Shown: piece by piece, positions 36,255 through 47,304 of the stretch
How positions within the stretch are numbered: position 1 is the stretch's first letter
How the letters are laid out: the number at the start of each line of letters is the position of its first letter
From: an uncultured Nitrospiraceae bacterium
GTDB lineage: Bacteria > Nitrospirota > Thermodesulfovibrionia > Thermodesulfovibrionales > Dissulfurispiraceae
DNA: 64,000 nt
Direction: 5' to 3'
Assembly (NCBI GenBank): GCA_963705105.1
Contig: CAVPIW010000006.1
Location: forward strand, 384,001 to 448,000
Position numbers and translations under genes: made by a program
The notes under the pieces: generated by a model
Told to the model about the DNA's origin: nothing
The model's input: only the letters and a program-made list of their open reading frames with translations
The model's database searches: none

Positions 36255-36578
36255 ATGAGAAACTTGCTTGGCTTGATGATCGGCACGGCCCTCATTATTC
36301 TTGCATCGCAATCCGCCCAGGGAAACCCTGAAGACCCCGGCATCCGCAACAGGATCCACGAACAGCAGCAGAGGATAGACCAGGGCGTTGCATCGGGAGA
36401 GCTCACCCCTGCCGAGGCGCGCCGTGCCCAGACCAATCTGAACAGGATCAGGGCGGAGGAAAATCGTTTGAAAGCCGACGGCACACTGACGAAACAGGAA
36501 CGGGTACACCTCCAGCGCGAACTGGACCGAAGCAGCGACTCGATTTACCATAGGAAGCACAACCAGAAGAGAAGGTAG
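36255..36578 (+). CDS. secreted helical-repeat hypothetical protein
   Basis: Signal peptide; QQQRIDQGVASGELTPAE and ADGTLTKQER repeats. Confidence 0.7.
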   Translation: MRNLLGLMIGTALIILASQSAQGNPEDPGIRNRIHEQQQRIDQGVASGELTPAEARRAQTNLNRIRAEENRLKADGTLTKQERVHLQRELDRSSDSIYHRKHNQKRR

Positions 36579-36603
36579 CAAACCGAATGCACGGGCCTAA
36601 GGG

Positions 36604-37305
36604 CTATCCCCTCCACTTCCGGCAGCGGAGCACGACCGCCCCGAGAACGATGAAATTGCCGAGAAGAAAGACGCCCCAACTGAAGTTTCCCGGCATATAC
36701 CGGGAGACCTTCTGCTGCAGCCGATCGGCGGAAAAACCCCCTCGGGAGAGTTCCTGCAGCACGATGAGTCCGTAGTCCCGAACGAAAGAAAAGAGTATAA
36801 AGACAGCCCCGACAAGCACCGGAATCCCGACAGCCGCCGTGTTTGCCTGTTCCGGTCCCGGGGCATCATCTGTGAGGATGCAGGCGGCCATGACCAGCAT
36901 CGTCAGAGAGCACAGGACCGGCGCCAGCACAGGCCCTGCCCAGATGACGGGGATGAGAAAAAGGATGTCCCATGTCATGAGGGAAGGGGGCCAGTCGATG
37001 AGGACCCGGAGCCAGAGATAATAGAAGATGTCCCAGAGACCGAAAGCGATCAGGAAGGAGGCAAGGCGCTGACTCCTGTTCCGTCCGGCTATGATCGCGA
37101 CGGACAGGAGCATGACGATCGTCGCCGCCTCCCTCCCCACTTCGGTTGCGTAGATGGATGGTGGCAGAATGCCAAGGGGAAAGGAGAAGCCCTGAGGGTA
37201 ATAGAGTTCCCTCAGGTAGATGACGACCGCCGCCTCAGCATAGGCCATGGCGATGGCAAAAAACGCCAGGGAGATGATCATCTTTCCGGTCATTGACCGA
37301 ACCAT
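36604..37305 (-). CDS. membrane hypothetical protein
   Basis: EAAVVIYLR, EVGREAATIVML, WDIFYY, WDILFLIP; multi-TM. Confidence 0.75.
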   Translation of the reverse strand: MVRSMTGKMIISLAFFAIAMAYAEAAVVIYLRELYYPQGFSFPLGILPPSIYATEVGREAATIVMLLSVAIIAGRNRSQRLASFLIAFGLWDIFYYLWLRVLIDWPPSLMTWDILFLIPVIWAGPVLAPVLCSLTMLVMAACILTDDAPGPEQANTAAVGIPVLVGAVFILFSFVRDYGLIVLQELSRGGFSADRLQQKVSRYMPGNFSWGVFLLGNFIVLGAVVLRCRKWRG

Positions 37306-37397
37306 ACCGTTCTACAAACCCCGTCCCATGAACCGTCTTCGTCTACTGTATTCTGAATTCTGTATTCTATATTCTGTCTTTGCGACCCGCAACGTCT

Positions 37398-38855
37398 CTA
37401 ATATCTCATCTTCACCCTGTATGTGAGCTTGACCTCCCTGTCGACGGGGACGGCGATCCTGAACTCGGCGATGGACGCCTCGGTCTTGACGAACTCGTGG
37501 GACGTGGAGACCATCGTCCAGTCGCCCGGTATGGGCTCGACGACCTTGACCGTCACATCCTCCTTCTTGTGATTTCTCAGCGTGATCTCGAAGGCAGCCT
37601 CGTACGTGTCATAGGCGATCTTTTTCCAGTCCGTCTGCTTCCTCGTGACGGCCACATCGAAGGCCTCGCCGAGCTTGATCCTGATCTTCTCGTCCTTCGG
37701 GGTGTGATCGATGGCGTCTTCGCCCACAAACTGGAGGCTTCCCTCGCTGTCCTGCTTGTAGACCCTGACAGTACCCTTCGGCAGGGGCATGCCGAGGTTG
37801 TTCGCCTTCCTGTTCTCGATCTCCACATAGACACCGACTTTCTGTGTCGGCGCTGCGTCCCCGTACCTGCTGGTATAAAAATGCCGGCCTCCGCGGTACA
37901 GGAGCTCCTTTCTGACGGGCACCTTTTCCGCCTCGAGGAGCCGGATCTGCTTCGTCTGGTTCTCCTTGATCGTCGACGGTCTCTGGAGGGTGTAGATGTG
38001 ATATTCGAAGAACTCCTCCTCCTTGAACTGGGGCGCCGCGGGCAATGCCTCGGCCTTCGCCATGCGGTACATCCGGTCCCTGTATTCCTGCTCGTCCTTC
38101 ACCCTGTGGACGTCACCGGCGACGAGCTTGAGCGACGCATTCCTGTATGTCGTACCGCTCCTGTTGTCGATGGTGACCCATCCTGTGAGATCGGCCCGGT
38201 CATCGCCAGCATTCAGGGTCACCACGTAGTCGGCCCGCCAGGTGATGCCGTTCGTGAGATAGGAAGCCTCCACCTTCTGGGCCGATGAGAGGCTGTTCCG
38301 GAACATCCAGACGAGGGTCGGCTGCGATATGAGGTTTTCGGGAACGCCGGGGAAAACGACCCGCCCGGGATGGCCGAAGGTGATCTCATCGCCGATCCTG
38401 TAGATCGGCCCGCCGTTGTTCGAAAGGAGAAGGGCGTTCACGACTTCCTCCCGCTCCGTGTAGGGATTCTTCGTGAAGAGTTTCACCTCCTTGCCGACAT
38501 ACTTGTCCATGAGTTTCTGGGGGTTCAGGAGGTCGTACTCGTAGTTCTGCTCCAGCACGTCGAGGCTGGACGGGTCGGTGAGAGACTTGATGTGGACGCT
38601 GGCAGGGATGACCTGCGACGCCACATCCATGAACCGCAGTTCCCCCGTCCCCTGCGGCAGGGGGATGGTGCGCTGGTCCTTCACGAGCCCGAGATTGACG
38701 TTGTAAATCGTGACGGCCACGCCTGTCTGGTCTTTCCCGTCAGACGAGAGCAGCTTCGGAGCAGCCCGCTCATCAGCGGCGGCAGGCGCGGCAAAGAACA
38801 GGAGTGCGGCAACAAAAAGCACAGAATGAATGCAATGAGACGGGATCAGTTTCAT
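37398..38855 (-). CDS. secreted DUF4139-domain protein
   Basis: VTIYNVNLGLVKD, EQNYEYDL, YLTNGITWRADY, FVGEDAIDHTP. Confidence 0.85.
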   Translation of the reverse strand: MKLIPSHCIHSVLFVAALLFFAAPAAADERAAPKLLSSDGKDQTGVAVTIYNVNLGLVKDQRTIPLPQGTGELRFMDVASQVIPASVHIKSLTDPSSLDVLEQNYEYDLLNPQKLMDKYVGKEVKLFTKNPYTEREEVVNALLLSNNGGPIYRIGDEITFGHPGRVVFPGVPENLISQPTLVWMFRNSLSSAQKVEASYLTNGITWRADYVVTLNAGDDRADLTGWVTIDNRSGTTYRNASLKLVAGDVHRVKDEQEYRDRMYRMAKAEALPAAPQFKEEEFFEYHIYTLQRPSTIKENQTKQIRLLEAEKVPVRKELLYRGGRHFYTSRYGDAAPTQKVGVYVEIENRKANNLGMPLPKGTVRVYKQDSEGSLQFVGEDAIDHTPKDEKIRIKLGEAFDVAVTRKQTDWKKIAYDTYEAAFEITLRNHKKEDVTVKVVEPIPGDWTMVSTSHEFVKTEASIAEFRIAVPVDREVKLTYRVKMRY

Positions 38856-38934
38856 GAAAACCTCCTTGTTGAGTCCTTCAAGGCGGGCTGAAGCGCCTTG
38901 CATTTCCTGACGGTGCAGGCTACGATAGGTTTCA

Positions 38935-39088
38935 CCTTATTATTGCATACGCCCGACCGAAAGGCGAGGTGTATGCGCCGAAAAGGCGTCGGCGGGCTTT
39001 GAACCATGTCTGCCCTCCCGGAGACCACACCGTTACGGGCAAAACCTTGAGGCGTTTCGTCCCGCCTTTGCGGAAGGCCTATGCGACA
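38935..39088 (+). repeat. family A element, copy 10 (divergent)
   Basis: CCTTATTATTGCA...AAAGGCG...GCGCCGAAAA...TTGAGGCG...CCCGCCTTT. Confidence 0.7.
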
Positions 39089-39407
39089 AGTGTAACATGC
39101 TGGATTTCCACGGACATTTTCGGCTATGCTATCAGGGGGGGAAGTTCAGGGCCAAAATCAGGATCTGTCCGTAAATACAGATGTTCAGTTTGTTTGTCAT
39201 TTCGGCTCTTGTCCTCGCACGGCCGAGGATCAGTACGGAATCTTTCTTTTTTCAGAAGGATTCCCGACGCCCCCGCATCAAGTGCGGGGTTGCGGGAATG
39301 ACAGATTAAGGTTTCGTTGTGGACATATGCTGATTCCAGTCTCGACCAGTCCTTTTTCATCACGACCGATGAAATAAATTTCTTGAAATAACCGATAGGG
39401 AGAAGGT

Positions 39408-39830
39408 ATGAGCAAATTACGAGTCGTCGATGCGGAGCGTTGCGTCGGCTGCCAGAGCTGCATGTTCGCCTGTGCCAGGCGCCGCGGCGAGGGCGGCATT
39501 GCCGAATCCTGCATCCATGTCAGGTCGACAGGGGGTATGGAGCGCGGGTTCACCGTCGTCGTCTGCAACGCCTGCGAGGATCCGCCCTGTGTCAAGGTCT
39601 GTCCCACCGAAGCGATTTCCCAGTCAAAGGGCAGGGCCATCATGCTCGATTTCAGCAAGTGCTCGGGCTGCGGGTTCTGCAAGACCGCCTGCATCATCGG
39701 CGCCATCTTCTGGAACGAGGAGACGAACAAGCCGATGATCTGCTCCCAGTGCGGGTACTGCTCCAATTATTGCCCTTACGGGGTCCTGAAATCGGAGAAA
39801 GCGGGAGGTGAGAGCCTTGTTGAAAAATGA
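39408..39830 (+). CDS. 4Fe-4S ferredoxin-like subunit of AOR
   Basis: CVGCQSCMFAC, CNACEDPPCVKVCP, CSGCGFCKTAC, CSQCGYCSNYCP. Confidence 0.9.
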   Translation: MSKLRVVDAERCVGCQSCMFACARRRGEGGIAESCIHVRSTGGMERGFTVVVCNACEDPPCVKVCPTEAISQSKGRAIMLDFSKCSGCGFCKTACIIGAIFWNEETNKPMICSQCGYCSNYCPYGVLKSEKAGGESLVEK

Positions 39831-41601
39831 TCCCCTTGCCAATGTCCTCCATGTGGATCTTTCGAAAAAGCGCTATTGGGTCGAGCGGCGTGAGGAGCTC
39901 TTTGAGCAGTATCTCGGCGGCGCCGGCGTGGCGGCACAGCTTCTCCTCGAGCATTGCCCCGAGGGGGCTGATCCTCTTGGGCCTGAAAACCCGATCATCT
40001 TCGCCGTGGGGCCCCTCACCGGTCTTTTCCCCCTTGCTTCAAAGACGGTGGCCATGTTCAAGTCGCCCCACACGGGCAACCTCGGCGAGAGCCATGCCGG
40101 GGGCAGGAGCGCCGTCTCTATTCGGATGGCCGGCTACGGCGCTATAGTCATCAAGGGCGCCAACGACTACCCCTGTTATATATCGATTCACGGAGACAAG
40201 GTCTTCTTCCGCGATGCGTCGTCACTCTGGGGCATGGAGAACACCTTCGGCACGGGCCGCATCATAAGGGAAAACGAGCCCTCGTCGGGGCAGCGCACGA
40301 TCATGCGCATCGGCTCGGCCGGTGAAAAGCTCGTTTCTTATGCCTGTGTCATCACCGAGACGTACCGCCATTTCGGCAGGCTCGGGCTCGGGGCCGTCTT
40401 CGGATCGAAGAAACTCAAGGCCGTCGTTGTCTCCGGCAAGAGGTCATTGCCGACCCTGGACAAGAAGGAATACCGCACAGTCTACGATGAGATCTTCAAG
40501 GCTGCCGTCTCATCGCCGGTCATGAAGAAGTACCACGACCTCGGGACACCGGAAAACGTGAAGCCCCTCAACCTCTTCGGCGGACTGCCGACGAGGAATC
40601 TCAGGACGGGACATTTCGAGGGGGCCGACAAGATATCGGGCGAGTCCTTCGCCGAGAAATATCTGGGCCGCAGGCTCGCCTGTTCGCACTGCCCCGTCGG
40701 GTGCATCCACATCGCCGCGCTCAGGGAGCCCCATCCGCACGAGCTGTATTTCTATAAGACGACTATGATCTCCTATGACTATGAGCTCATCTTCGCCCTG
40801 GGCTCCATGCTCGGCATCGCCGACCCCGAAGGGATCCTGAAGCTCATCGATGCCGTCGAGTCCTACGGCATCGATGCCATGAGCACCGGCGTCATTCTCG
40901 CCTGGGCCACGGAGGCGCAGGGCAGGGGGATCATCTCCGACGCCGAAACGCTCGGCATCAAGCTCGACTGGGGGAACTATCTCTCCTACATAGAGGCATT
41001 GAAGTACATCGTCGAACAGCCCAACGACTTTTACCGGGCCCTCGCAAAGGGAGTTGACCACGCGGCCGCAATTTACGGGGGCGCTGACTATGCCATGGCC
41101 TTCGGCGGGAACGAAATGGCAGGGTATCACACGGGACCGGGAGCGCACGTGGGATTCCTCGTCGGAGCCCGCCACAGCCACCTCGACAACGGGGGCTATG
41201 CCGTCGACCAGAAGATCATGGTGAAGAAGAAACTGAGTCCCGAGGACCTGGCCCAGGAGCTGTTGAAGGAGGAGAAATGGCGCCAGATCATGTCGAGCCT
41301 CGTCACGTGCTTCTTCGCCCGCGGACTCTATACGACCGAAACGGTCATCAAGGCCCTGCACGTTGCGGGATTCGAGCTCACAGCCGATGACCTTGACCGG
41401 ATCGGCGACGAGATCCACCGAGCGAAGTACATCTTCAAGCTCCGGGAGGGGTTCAGCTTCGACGACCTCCGTATCCCGAAGCGGACCATGGAGACGATGT
41501 CACCCGTCGGACCGATCGACGAGGAGTACATGAGAAAGGCGATCGATGCGGTCAAACAGGCCCTCGTCTCGGCCGGACCGACCCCGAAAGAAACAGCGTG
41601 A
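39817..41601 (+). CDS. aor: tungsten aldehyde:ferredoxin oxidoreductase family protein
   Basis: YLGGAG, KSPHTG..GESHAGG, GRLGLGAVFGSKKLKA, CSHCPVGC, YGIDAMSTG. Confidence 0.9.
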   Translation: MLKNDPLANVLHVDLSKKRYWVERREELFEQYLGGAGVAAQLLLEHCPEGADPLGPENPIIFAVGPLTGLFPLASKTVAMFKSPHTGNLGESHAGGRSAVSIRMAGYGAIVIKGANDYPCYISIHGDKVFFRDASSLWGMENTFGTGRIIRENEPSSGQRTIMRIGSAGEKLVSYACVITETYRHFGRLGLGAVFGSKKLKAVVVSGKRSLPTLDKKEYRTVYDEIFKAAVSSPVMKKYHDLGTPENVKPLNLFGGLPTRNLRTGHFEGADKISGESFAEKYLGRRLACSHCPVGCIHIAALREPHPHELYFYKTTMISYDYELIFALGSMLGIADPEGILKLIDAVESYGIDAMSTGVILAWATEAQGRGIISDAETLGIKLDWGNYLSYIEALKYIVEQPNDFYRALAKGVDHAAAIYGGADYAMAFGGNEMAGYHTGPGAHVGFLVGARHSHLDNGGYAVDQKIMVKKKLSPEDLAQELLKEEKWRQIMSSLVTCFFARGLYTTETVIKALHVAGFELTADDLDRIGDEIHRAKYIFKLREGFSFDDLRIPKRTMETMSPVGPIDEEYMRKAIDAVKQALVSAGPTPKETA

Positions 41602-41604
41602 TGA

Positions 41605-41946
41605 TCAGCAGGAAAGGTGGAGGCAGGCAACAACGTGTCTGTCAGGGTGCAGACCGTTGAATGCCTCCGCCGCATCGGCTGTCGTCATGACCCGGACGTC
41701 GATGCCCCGCTTCGTCAGTGTCTTCATGACCTCGGCGGGAACCTTCATCGAGGCGTAATAGCCCGTCCCGATGAGGATGATCTCGGGGTTCGCGGCGATG
41801 GCTTCGGGAAGATCATCGACGCAAAGACGGTGCCCCTCTCTCCGCCACCAGGGCGACAAGACGCGGTCCGGGAGGATGATGACGTCGTTGGTGAAGACAC
41901 GGCCGCCGATGGTGATCCGGCCAAAGGAATAGCGCCCGATTTTCAT
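41605..41946 (-). CDS. Mth938/DUF498 domain protein
   Basis: YSFGRITI, WWRREGH, IGTG, LHLSC. Confidence 0.85.
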   Translation of the reverse strand: MKIGRYSFGRITIGGRVFTNDVIILPDRVLSPWWRREGHRLCVDDLPEAIAANPEIILIGTGYYASMKVPAEVMKTLTKRGIDVRVMTTADAAEAFNGLHPDRHVVACLHLSC

Positions 41947-42281
41947 AATCCTATACACCCCTGTCCAAAATATCTTGAAGCGGGATCTTGAAGACGAGGA
42001 TAGGGTTTGGTTTCTGAAGCAAAATTCACGGGTAACGTGAACGGCGGCGGGAGTCGAAGGCGCAAGCCGCAGCGGGAGCCGCACAGTGTATTTGAGAAGA
42101 TATCCGTTTTCATAACAAAGACATGTTCATGAGGAGAGGGAGTTTATTTTCGAGGAAATCATGCCCTATCCTCGTGCCACGTTATTTTTGGACACCAATG
42201 GATCCTGTAGTATAATCAACGGGGCAGTCCGATTCCCACTCAAAGCTCTGCATGAGTACCCGATAACAGAAGGAGGATTTC

Positions 42282-43496
42282 ATGGCAACAAAGATCGTTC
42301 TGGCATATTCCGGCGGCCTCGACACGTCCGTCGCCATACAATGGCTCAAGGAGAACTACGATGCCGAAGTCATCGCCTTCTGCGCGGACCTCGGCCAGGG
42401 AGAGGACCTGCAGGAAGTCCGGGAGAAGGCACGGAAAACGGGCGCCTCAAAGGTCTACGTCGAGGACCTCCGGGAGGAGTTTGTCCGTGACTTCATCTTT
42501 CCCATGCTGAGGTTCAACGCCCTGTACGAAGGCACGTACATGCTCGGCACATCCATCGCGAGGCCCCTTATCGCCAAGAAGCAGATCGACATCGCCCGGG
42601 CCGAGGGCGCCGACGCCGTTTCCCATGGCGCGACAGGCAAGGGCAACGACCAGGTGCGGTTCGAGCTGACTTACTATGCATTGAAGCCCAACATCAGGGT
42701 CATCGCCCCCTGGCGGGAGTGGACCTTCGACTCCCGGCAGTCTCTCATCGACTATGCCGGGAAGCACGGCATCCCCGTCACGGCGACGAAGGAAAAGCCC
42801 TACAGCACGGACCGGAACATATTTCACATCAGCTACGAGGGCGGGATCCTCGAAGACCCCTGGGCCGAGCCGCCTGCCGACATGTATACGATGATGAAGC
42901 CTGCCGGACAGGCGCCGGACAAGCCTACTTATATCACTGTCGAGTACGAGGGAGGCGACCCCGTCGGTCTCAACGGCGAACGCCTGTCACCGGCCGTCCT
43001 CTTTGAAAAACTGAATGCCGTCGCCGGGGACAACGGCATCGGCCGAGTCGACATCGTCGAGAACCGCTATGTCGGCATCAAGTCCCGGGGCGTCTATGAG
43101 ACTCCCGCGGGCTCGGTCCTCCATGTCGCCCACCGCGCCGTCGAGTCCCTCACCCTCGACAGGGAGGTGCTCCATATCCGGGACTCCCTCATCACAAAGT
43201 ATGCGGAGCTCGTCTATTACGGCTACTGGTTCGCCCCGGAGCGGGAGATGCTCCAGGCGGCCGTCGATGCCATCCAGAAGCAGGTCACCGGCACGGCGAG
43301 ACTGAGGCTCTACAAGGGAAACTGCACCGTCGTGGGACGAAAATCTCCCCTGTCGCTCTACAATCCCGAGCTGGCCACCTTCGAGTCGGAGCGGATTTAC
43401 AATCAAAAGGATGCCGAGGGTTTCATCAGGCTCAATGCCCTCCGTCTTAAGGTGCGCCACATGCTCGAAGCCGCTGGAGGCGTTGCTGAAGCCTGA
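42282..43496 (+). CDS. argG: argininosuccinate synthase
   Basis: [33 protein letters not shown]. Confidence 0.98.
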   Translation: MATKIVLAYSGGLDTSVAIQWLKENYDAEVIAFCADLGQGEDLQEVREKARKTGASKVYVEDLREEFVRDFIFPMLRFNALYEGTYMLGTSIARPLIAKKQIDIARAEGADAVSHGATGKGNDQVRFELTYYALKPNIRVIAPWREWTFDSRQSLIDYAGKHGIPVTATKEKPYSTDRNIFHISYEGGILEDPWAEPPADMYTMMKPAGQAPDKPTYITVEYEGGDPVGLNGERLSPAVLFEKLNAVAGDNGIGRVDIVENRYVGIKSRGVYETPAGSVLHVAHRAVESLTLDREVLHIRDSLITKYAELVYYGYWFAPEREMLQAAVDAIQKQVTGTARLRLYKGNCTVVGRKSPLSLYNPELATFESERIYNQKDAEGFIRLNALRLKVRHMLEAAGGVAEA

Positions 43497-44652
43497 TACG
43501 GCCAGGGTCCGCACCGACAGGGCAAAGGGAGGAGACCGCAGCAGCGGGGACCTCGCCTTCTGGCTCGCCCTCCATTTTCTGAAGGATATCGGACCGGTCA
43601 CCGCCCGGAGCCTTCTTGCCTTGTACCATGACCCGGCAAAGATTTTCGGGGCCTCCTTCGACGATCTCAGGCATATCGGGTTTGTCGGAGAGCTCAAGGC
43701 GCGGAGGATAAAGGCCTTTGACGACTGGGCCGCCGTGGATCATGAGATAAAGACGGTCGAACAGCAGGGCATCCGCATAATCAGGTGTGTCGACGGCGAT
43801 TACCCGGAGCTCCTCAGGCATATCGATGACGCACCGCTCCTCCTCTACGTGAAGGGGACCCTGAAAGAGACGGACCGTCACGCCGTCGCGATGGTGGGGT
43901 CCCGGAAGATGTCCGGATACGGTGCGAAAGTGGCCTGGCTCCTCTCCACGGAGCTTGCGACCTGCGGTCTGACCATAGTGAGCGGCATGGCTGTGGGCAT
44001 CGATACCGTCTCTCACCGCGGGGCCCTCAGCACAGGCGGCAGGACCATCGCCGTCCTCGGCTGCGGCCTCGACCAGCCCTATCCGCCTCAAAACAAAGAG
44101 CTTTTCGATGCGATCGCGGAAAAGGGGTGCGTGGTCAGCGAATTTCCCCTCGGGACGCCGCCCCTGAGGGAGCATTTTCCCCGCCGGAACAGGCTGATCA
44201 GCGGCCTCTCCCTCGGTGTCATCGTCGTCGAGGCGGCCGCGCAAAGCGGTTCCCTGATCACGGCGGGCTGCGCCCTCGAACAGGGCAGGGAGGTCTTCGC
44301 CGTTCCCGGCAGCATCACCTCCTCTTCCTCAAAGGGCACCAACGGTCTCATCAGGAAAGGCGCCGTCGTTGTCCGGTCCGTCGAGGATGTCCTCGAAGAG
44401 TTGTCCCCCCATCTCGGGGGGATGCCTGGGATCACCAGCCGGGAAAAGGCGCATCTCGGCCGCGAGGCCTCACTTGAAATAAGCGCCGATGAAAAGGCAA
44501 TATGTAATGTTCTGGGGGACGAGCCGAAACACGTCGACATAGTCGCCCGGGAGACGCAGATCCCGGCGGCCCGGCTTCTCGGCATGCTCCTGAATCTCGA
44601 AATAAAAGGCATTGTAAAACAGGCGGAGGGCAAGAGGTTTTTCCTCGCCTAA
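43483..44652 (+). CDS. dprA: DNA-processing protein DprA
   Basis: [41 protein letters not shown]. Confidence 0.95.
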   Translation: MLKPDTARVRTDRAKGGDRSSGDLAFWLALHFLKDIGPVTARSLLALYHDPAKIFGASFDDLRHIGFVGELKARRIKAFDDWAAVDHEIKTVEQQGIRIIRCVDGDYPELLRHIDDAPLLLYVKGTLKETDRHAVAMVGSRKMSGYGAKVAWLLSTELATCGLTIVSGMAVGIDTVSHRGALSTGGRTIAVLGCGLDQPYPPQNKELFDAIAEKGCVVSEFPLGTPPLREHFPRRNRLISGLSLGVIVVEAAAQSGSLITAGCALEQGREVFAVPGSITSSSSKGTNGLIRKGAVVVRSVEDVLEELSPHLGGMPGITSREKAHLGREASLEISADEKAICNVLGDEPKHVDIVARETQIPAARLLGMLLNLEIKGIVKQAEGKRFFLA

Positions 44653-44673
44653 CCGCCGCCTGGAGGAGGGGGA

Positions 44674-44958
44674 TTGGCGCAGAGATTCATTAACGTCCTG
44701 CGGGGGCTCGCCCGGGAACTCATCGAGAAGGGCTACGACGCAGAGGATGTGGTGAGGCAGATCAGCTACATCGACATCGATTTTTTGACGATAAAGGAAG
44801 AGCTGATGAAGCTGGAGGTGTCGAATAACATTGAAGAGGCGGAGCTCGACACGATCAGGGCGCTTCTCGCATATATATTGCTGAAGGAGACGGAGCTCGA
44901 GATCGAGGACATCTATGCGTTCGTCTTCGGCAGGGGACGTCAGATCACCTGGAACTGA
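44674..44958 (+). CDS. small acidic hypothetical protein (Smg/DUF494-like position)
   Basis: Lies between dprA and topA with an RBS; TTG start. Confidence 0.65.
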   Translation: MAQRFINVLRGLARELIEKGYDAEDVVRQISYIDIDFLTIKEELMKLEVSNNIEEAELDTIRALLAYILLKETELEIEDIYAFVFGRGRQITWN

Positions 44959-44968
44959 GGGGGGAGGA

Positions 44969-47299
44969 TTGAAATCACTCGTCATTGTTGAATCGCCGGC
45001 CAAGGCGAGGACCATACACAAGATCCTGGGCAAGGAATTCGGGGTCAAGGCGTCGATCGGGCATATCAAGGATCTGCCGAAAAAGGACGTCGGTGTCGAC
45101 GTCGATCATGACTTCGCTCCCAGCTACACGGTCATTCCGGGGAAGGAAAAAGTCGTCGAGGAACTGACGAAAGAGGCGAAGAAGGCTGACACGATCTACA
45201 TCGCCACGGACCCTGACCGGGAAGGCGAGGCGATCGCTTACCACATCGCCGAGGTCGTGACCCCGCCAAAGGGCTCCAAGCCTATTTACCGCGTCACCTT
45301 TCACGAGATCACAGACCGGGTCGTCAGGGATGCCATCCTGCACCCGTCGGCTATCGATATGAACAAGGTGGAGGCCCAGCAGGCACGGCGGGTCCTGGAC
45401 CGCCTCGTGGGGTACAATCTCAGCCCCTTCCTCTGGAAGAAGGTGCGGAGGGGCCTCAGCGCCGGGAGGGTCCAGTCCGTAGCGGTGCGTCTTGTCGTCG
45501 ACCGCGAGCGCGAGATAAGCGCCTTTCGGAAAGAGGAGTACTGGACCGTCGACGCCCTCTTCCGGCATGTCCCGGAGAGCGCGGACGCTGCTGCCGCCGC
45601 CGGCGGGGAGTTCAGGGCGAAGCTGTTCCGCCACGAGGGTTCCCTTGTCGTCAACCGTGACGGGGCCGAGGGGAAGCGCTTTCTCATCGGTGACGAGGAG
45701 GCGGCCCGTCGTGTCGTCGAGAGCATCAGGGACAAGGAGTTCTTTCTTTCGAACGTCGAGAAGAAGCTGCGAAAGAAATCGCCCTCGCCGCCTTTCATCA
45801 CAAGCACCCTTCAGCAAGAGGCGGCCAGGAAGCACAAATTCCCGGCGAAAAAGACAATGGCTGTCGCGCAGAAGCTCTATGAAGGCGTTGAGCTGGGCGC
45901 CGAGGGGGCCGTCGGTCTCATCACGTACATGAGAACGGACTCGTTCAGGGTCGCCCCGGAGTCACAAAAATGGGCGAGGGACCTCATCGAAGAGCGGTTC
46001 GGGAAAAAGTTCCTGCCGCCGAAGCCGCCCTTTTACCGCAGCAAGGAGACGGCACAGGAGGCCCATGAGGCGATCCGTCCCACCTATCCGGACAAGACCC
46101 CGGACCGGGTGAAGTCCTTCCTGTCAAGGGACGAATACAACCTCTACACATTGATCTGGAACAGGTTCATCGCCAGCCAGATGGCCCCGGCCGAGCTTGA
46201 ACAGACGACCTTCATCATCGGCCTGCGCGAGGGGGGCAACGAGATCGAGGGAACGGAGCTCAGGGCTACCGGCACGGTCATCCGCTTTCCCGGCTTCATG
46301 GCCCTGTACACAGAGAGCAGGGACGAGGCGGATGACGAGGACAAAGAGATCCTCCCGCCTCTCGACACGGGCGTTCCCCTCGACCTCCTTGATCTCCAGC
46401 CGGTCCAGCATTTCACGCAGCCTCCCCCCCGGTACAGCGAGGCGTCCCTTGTGCGGACCCTTGAGGAGAAGGGGATCGGCAGGCCGAGCACGTATGCTGC
46501 GATCCTCTCGACGATCCAGGACCGGAAGTATGCCCAGAAAGAGGAGGGACGGTTCGTGCCCACGGAGCTGGGCGTCGTCGTGAACGACCTGCTCGTCGAC
46601 AGGTTCCCCGAGCTGCTGGATGCGGGGTTTACTGCGAAGATGGAGAACGATCTGGACGACATCGAAAACGCCAAGCGGCAATGGGTGAAGGTGGTGCGGG
46701 ACTTCTACACGCCTTTTCAGTCGGTCCTCGCCCAGGCGACGCAAGACGCCGGTCGTGTCAAGCCCCAGGACATCCCCACGGACATCAACTGCGAGAAATG
46801 CGGATCTCCGATGGTCGTGCGCTGGGGACGGCACGGAAGGTTCCTCGCCTGCACCGGCTATCCGAAGTGCAAGAACACGAAGCCCATCAGCGGCAATGGG
46901 GAGAAGCAGGCCGATCCCGTGATGAGCGGCGAGATCTGTGACAAGTGCGGCGCCGCCATGCTGATCAAAACGGGCAGGTTCGGAAAGTTTCTTGCCTGCT
47001 CGAATTACCCGGAATGCAAGAGCTCCCGGCCCCTGTCGACGGGTGTGAAGTGCCCCCAGGACGGCGGCGACATCGTTGAACGGCGCTCCAAGAAGGGGCG
47101 GCGCTTCTGGAGCTGCAGCAATTATCCGTCCTGCACCTTCAGCCTCTGGAGCCGGCCGGTGCCGAAAGCCTGCCCACGCTGCTCCTCGCCGTTCCTGATC
47201 GAGAGAAGGGATAAAGCGGGAAATATTGTTCTGTCCTGCCCGACGAAGGACTGCCGTCACAGGGAGACGGTGGCGGAGGATGCTCCCCAGGCCACCTGA
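44969..47299 (+). CDS. topA: DNA topoisomerase I
   Basis: VESPAKA, ATDPDREGE, SAGRVQS, ITYMRTD, C4 zinc ribbons. Confidence 0.98.
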   Translation: MKSLVIVESPAKARTIHKILGKEFGVKASIGHIKDLPKKDVGVDVDHDFAPSYTVIPGKEKVVEELTKEAKKADTIYIATDPDREGEAIAYHIAEVVTPPKGSKPIYRVTFHEITDRVVRDAILHPSAIDMNKVEAQQARRVLDRLVGYNLSPFLWKKVRRGLSAGRVQSVAVRLVVDREREISAFRKEEYWTVDALFRHVPESADAAAAAGGEFRAKLFRHEGSLVVNRDGAEGKRFLIGDEEAARRVVESIRDKEFFLSNVEKKLRKKSPSPPFITSTLQQEAARKHKFPAKKTMAVAQKLYEGVELGAEGAVGLITYMRTDSFRVAPESQKWARDLIEERFGKKFLPPKPPFYRSKETAQEAHEAIRPTYPDKTPDRVKSFLSRDEYNLYTLIWNRFIASQMAPAELEQTTFIIGLREGGNEIEGTELRATGTVIRFPGFMALYTESRDEADDEDKEILPPLDTGVPLDLLDLQPVQHFTQPPPRYSEASLVRTLEEKGIGRPSTYAAILSTIQDRKYAQKEEGRFVPTELGVVVNDLLVDRFPELLDAGFTAKMENDLDDIENAKRQWVKVVRDFYTPFQSVLAQATQDAGRVKPQDIPTDINCEKCGSPMVVRWGRHGRFLACTGYPKCKNTKPISGNGEKQADPVMSGEICDKCGAAMLIKTGRFGKFLACSNYPECKSSRPLSTGVKCPQDGGDIVERRSKKGRRFWSCSNYPSCTFSLWSRPVPKACPRCSSPFLIERRDKAGNIVLSCPTKDCRHRETVAEDAPQAT

Positions 47300-47304
47300 T
47301 TTTC

